Source: the human T2T-CHM13v2.0 reference genome, Homo sapiens. From it: a stretch of DNA of 64,000 nt. The DNA is taken from the NCBI RefSeq assembly GCF_009914755.1, contig NC_060946.1, one strand, 5' to 3'. Below are positions 63,608 through 64,000 of this stretch, piece by piece (positions within the stretch are counted from its first letter, which is position 1; every line of letters starts with the position of its first letter). Both the position numbers and the translations under genes were made by a program. The notes under the pieces are model-generated. The model was not told the DNA's origin. It made no database searches and worked only from the letters and a program-made list of their open reading frames with translations.

Positions 63608-64000
63608 TGAGGCCTTACTGATCCAGGAGAGACTGCCCCTCCCTGGGCCAGCTAATTCCTACAGAGAATAAATGATTTGCTTATGGTGTGCCTTCGATGG
63701 GCCAATCAACCGATTCGTATCTCCAACATAACTTTACCAGCCACCTTTCAGCAGGTTCCTGCCCCAAATCACTCCAGGGACAGGTACCAGGTAACAAAGG
63801 ACCACTCCTATAACCCAGAGCCCATCACAATTATTAAAACTAGCCAGTCCTAAGTCTGTTTACCCTGTCTTGCCTTCTTGCAAAAAACACAGTAAAGCCT
63901 TTTGTCCACCTTTTGCCCTCACTCATTCTGCCACCTGACTGACCCTGGTGCTTCCCCATGGCCCTGCATGGTGTGGCATGTCCCCCCTATTGTCTTGGGA

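Overview
Primate, almost certainly human, genomic DNA from the chr22q11.23 theta-class GST / DDT cluster; it is not prokaryotic and has no CRISPR array. Left to right: decayed ERV pol with nested Alu/LTR insertions; a processed KLHL5 pseudogene; a ~470-bp stump of one arm of a large inverted repeat; an orphan DDTL last exon; intact DDT (-); a five-exon GSTT3-like pseudogene (-) with an intact GSTT2 (+) nested antisense in its intron 3; intact GSTT4 (-); an old ND1-tRNA-IQM NUMT carrying an EIF4EBP1 retrocopy; a further five-exon theta-GST gene with only two disabling lesions; a stranded copy of the GSTT2 promoter; then repeat-dense DNA. The layout suggests the GSTT2B/DDTL-deleted haplotype carrying the 17-bp GSTT2 promoter duplication. 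I found no wholly new biological system. The most interesting signals are the nested GSTT2-in-GSTT3P architecture and the nearly intact extra theta GST. Gene and repeat names come from recall, not database searches. Exon boundaries were read by hand; repeat boundaries without target-site duplications (TSDs) are approximate, and only selected Alus are listed.
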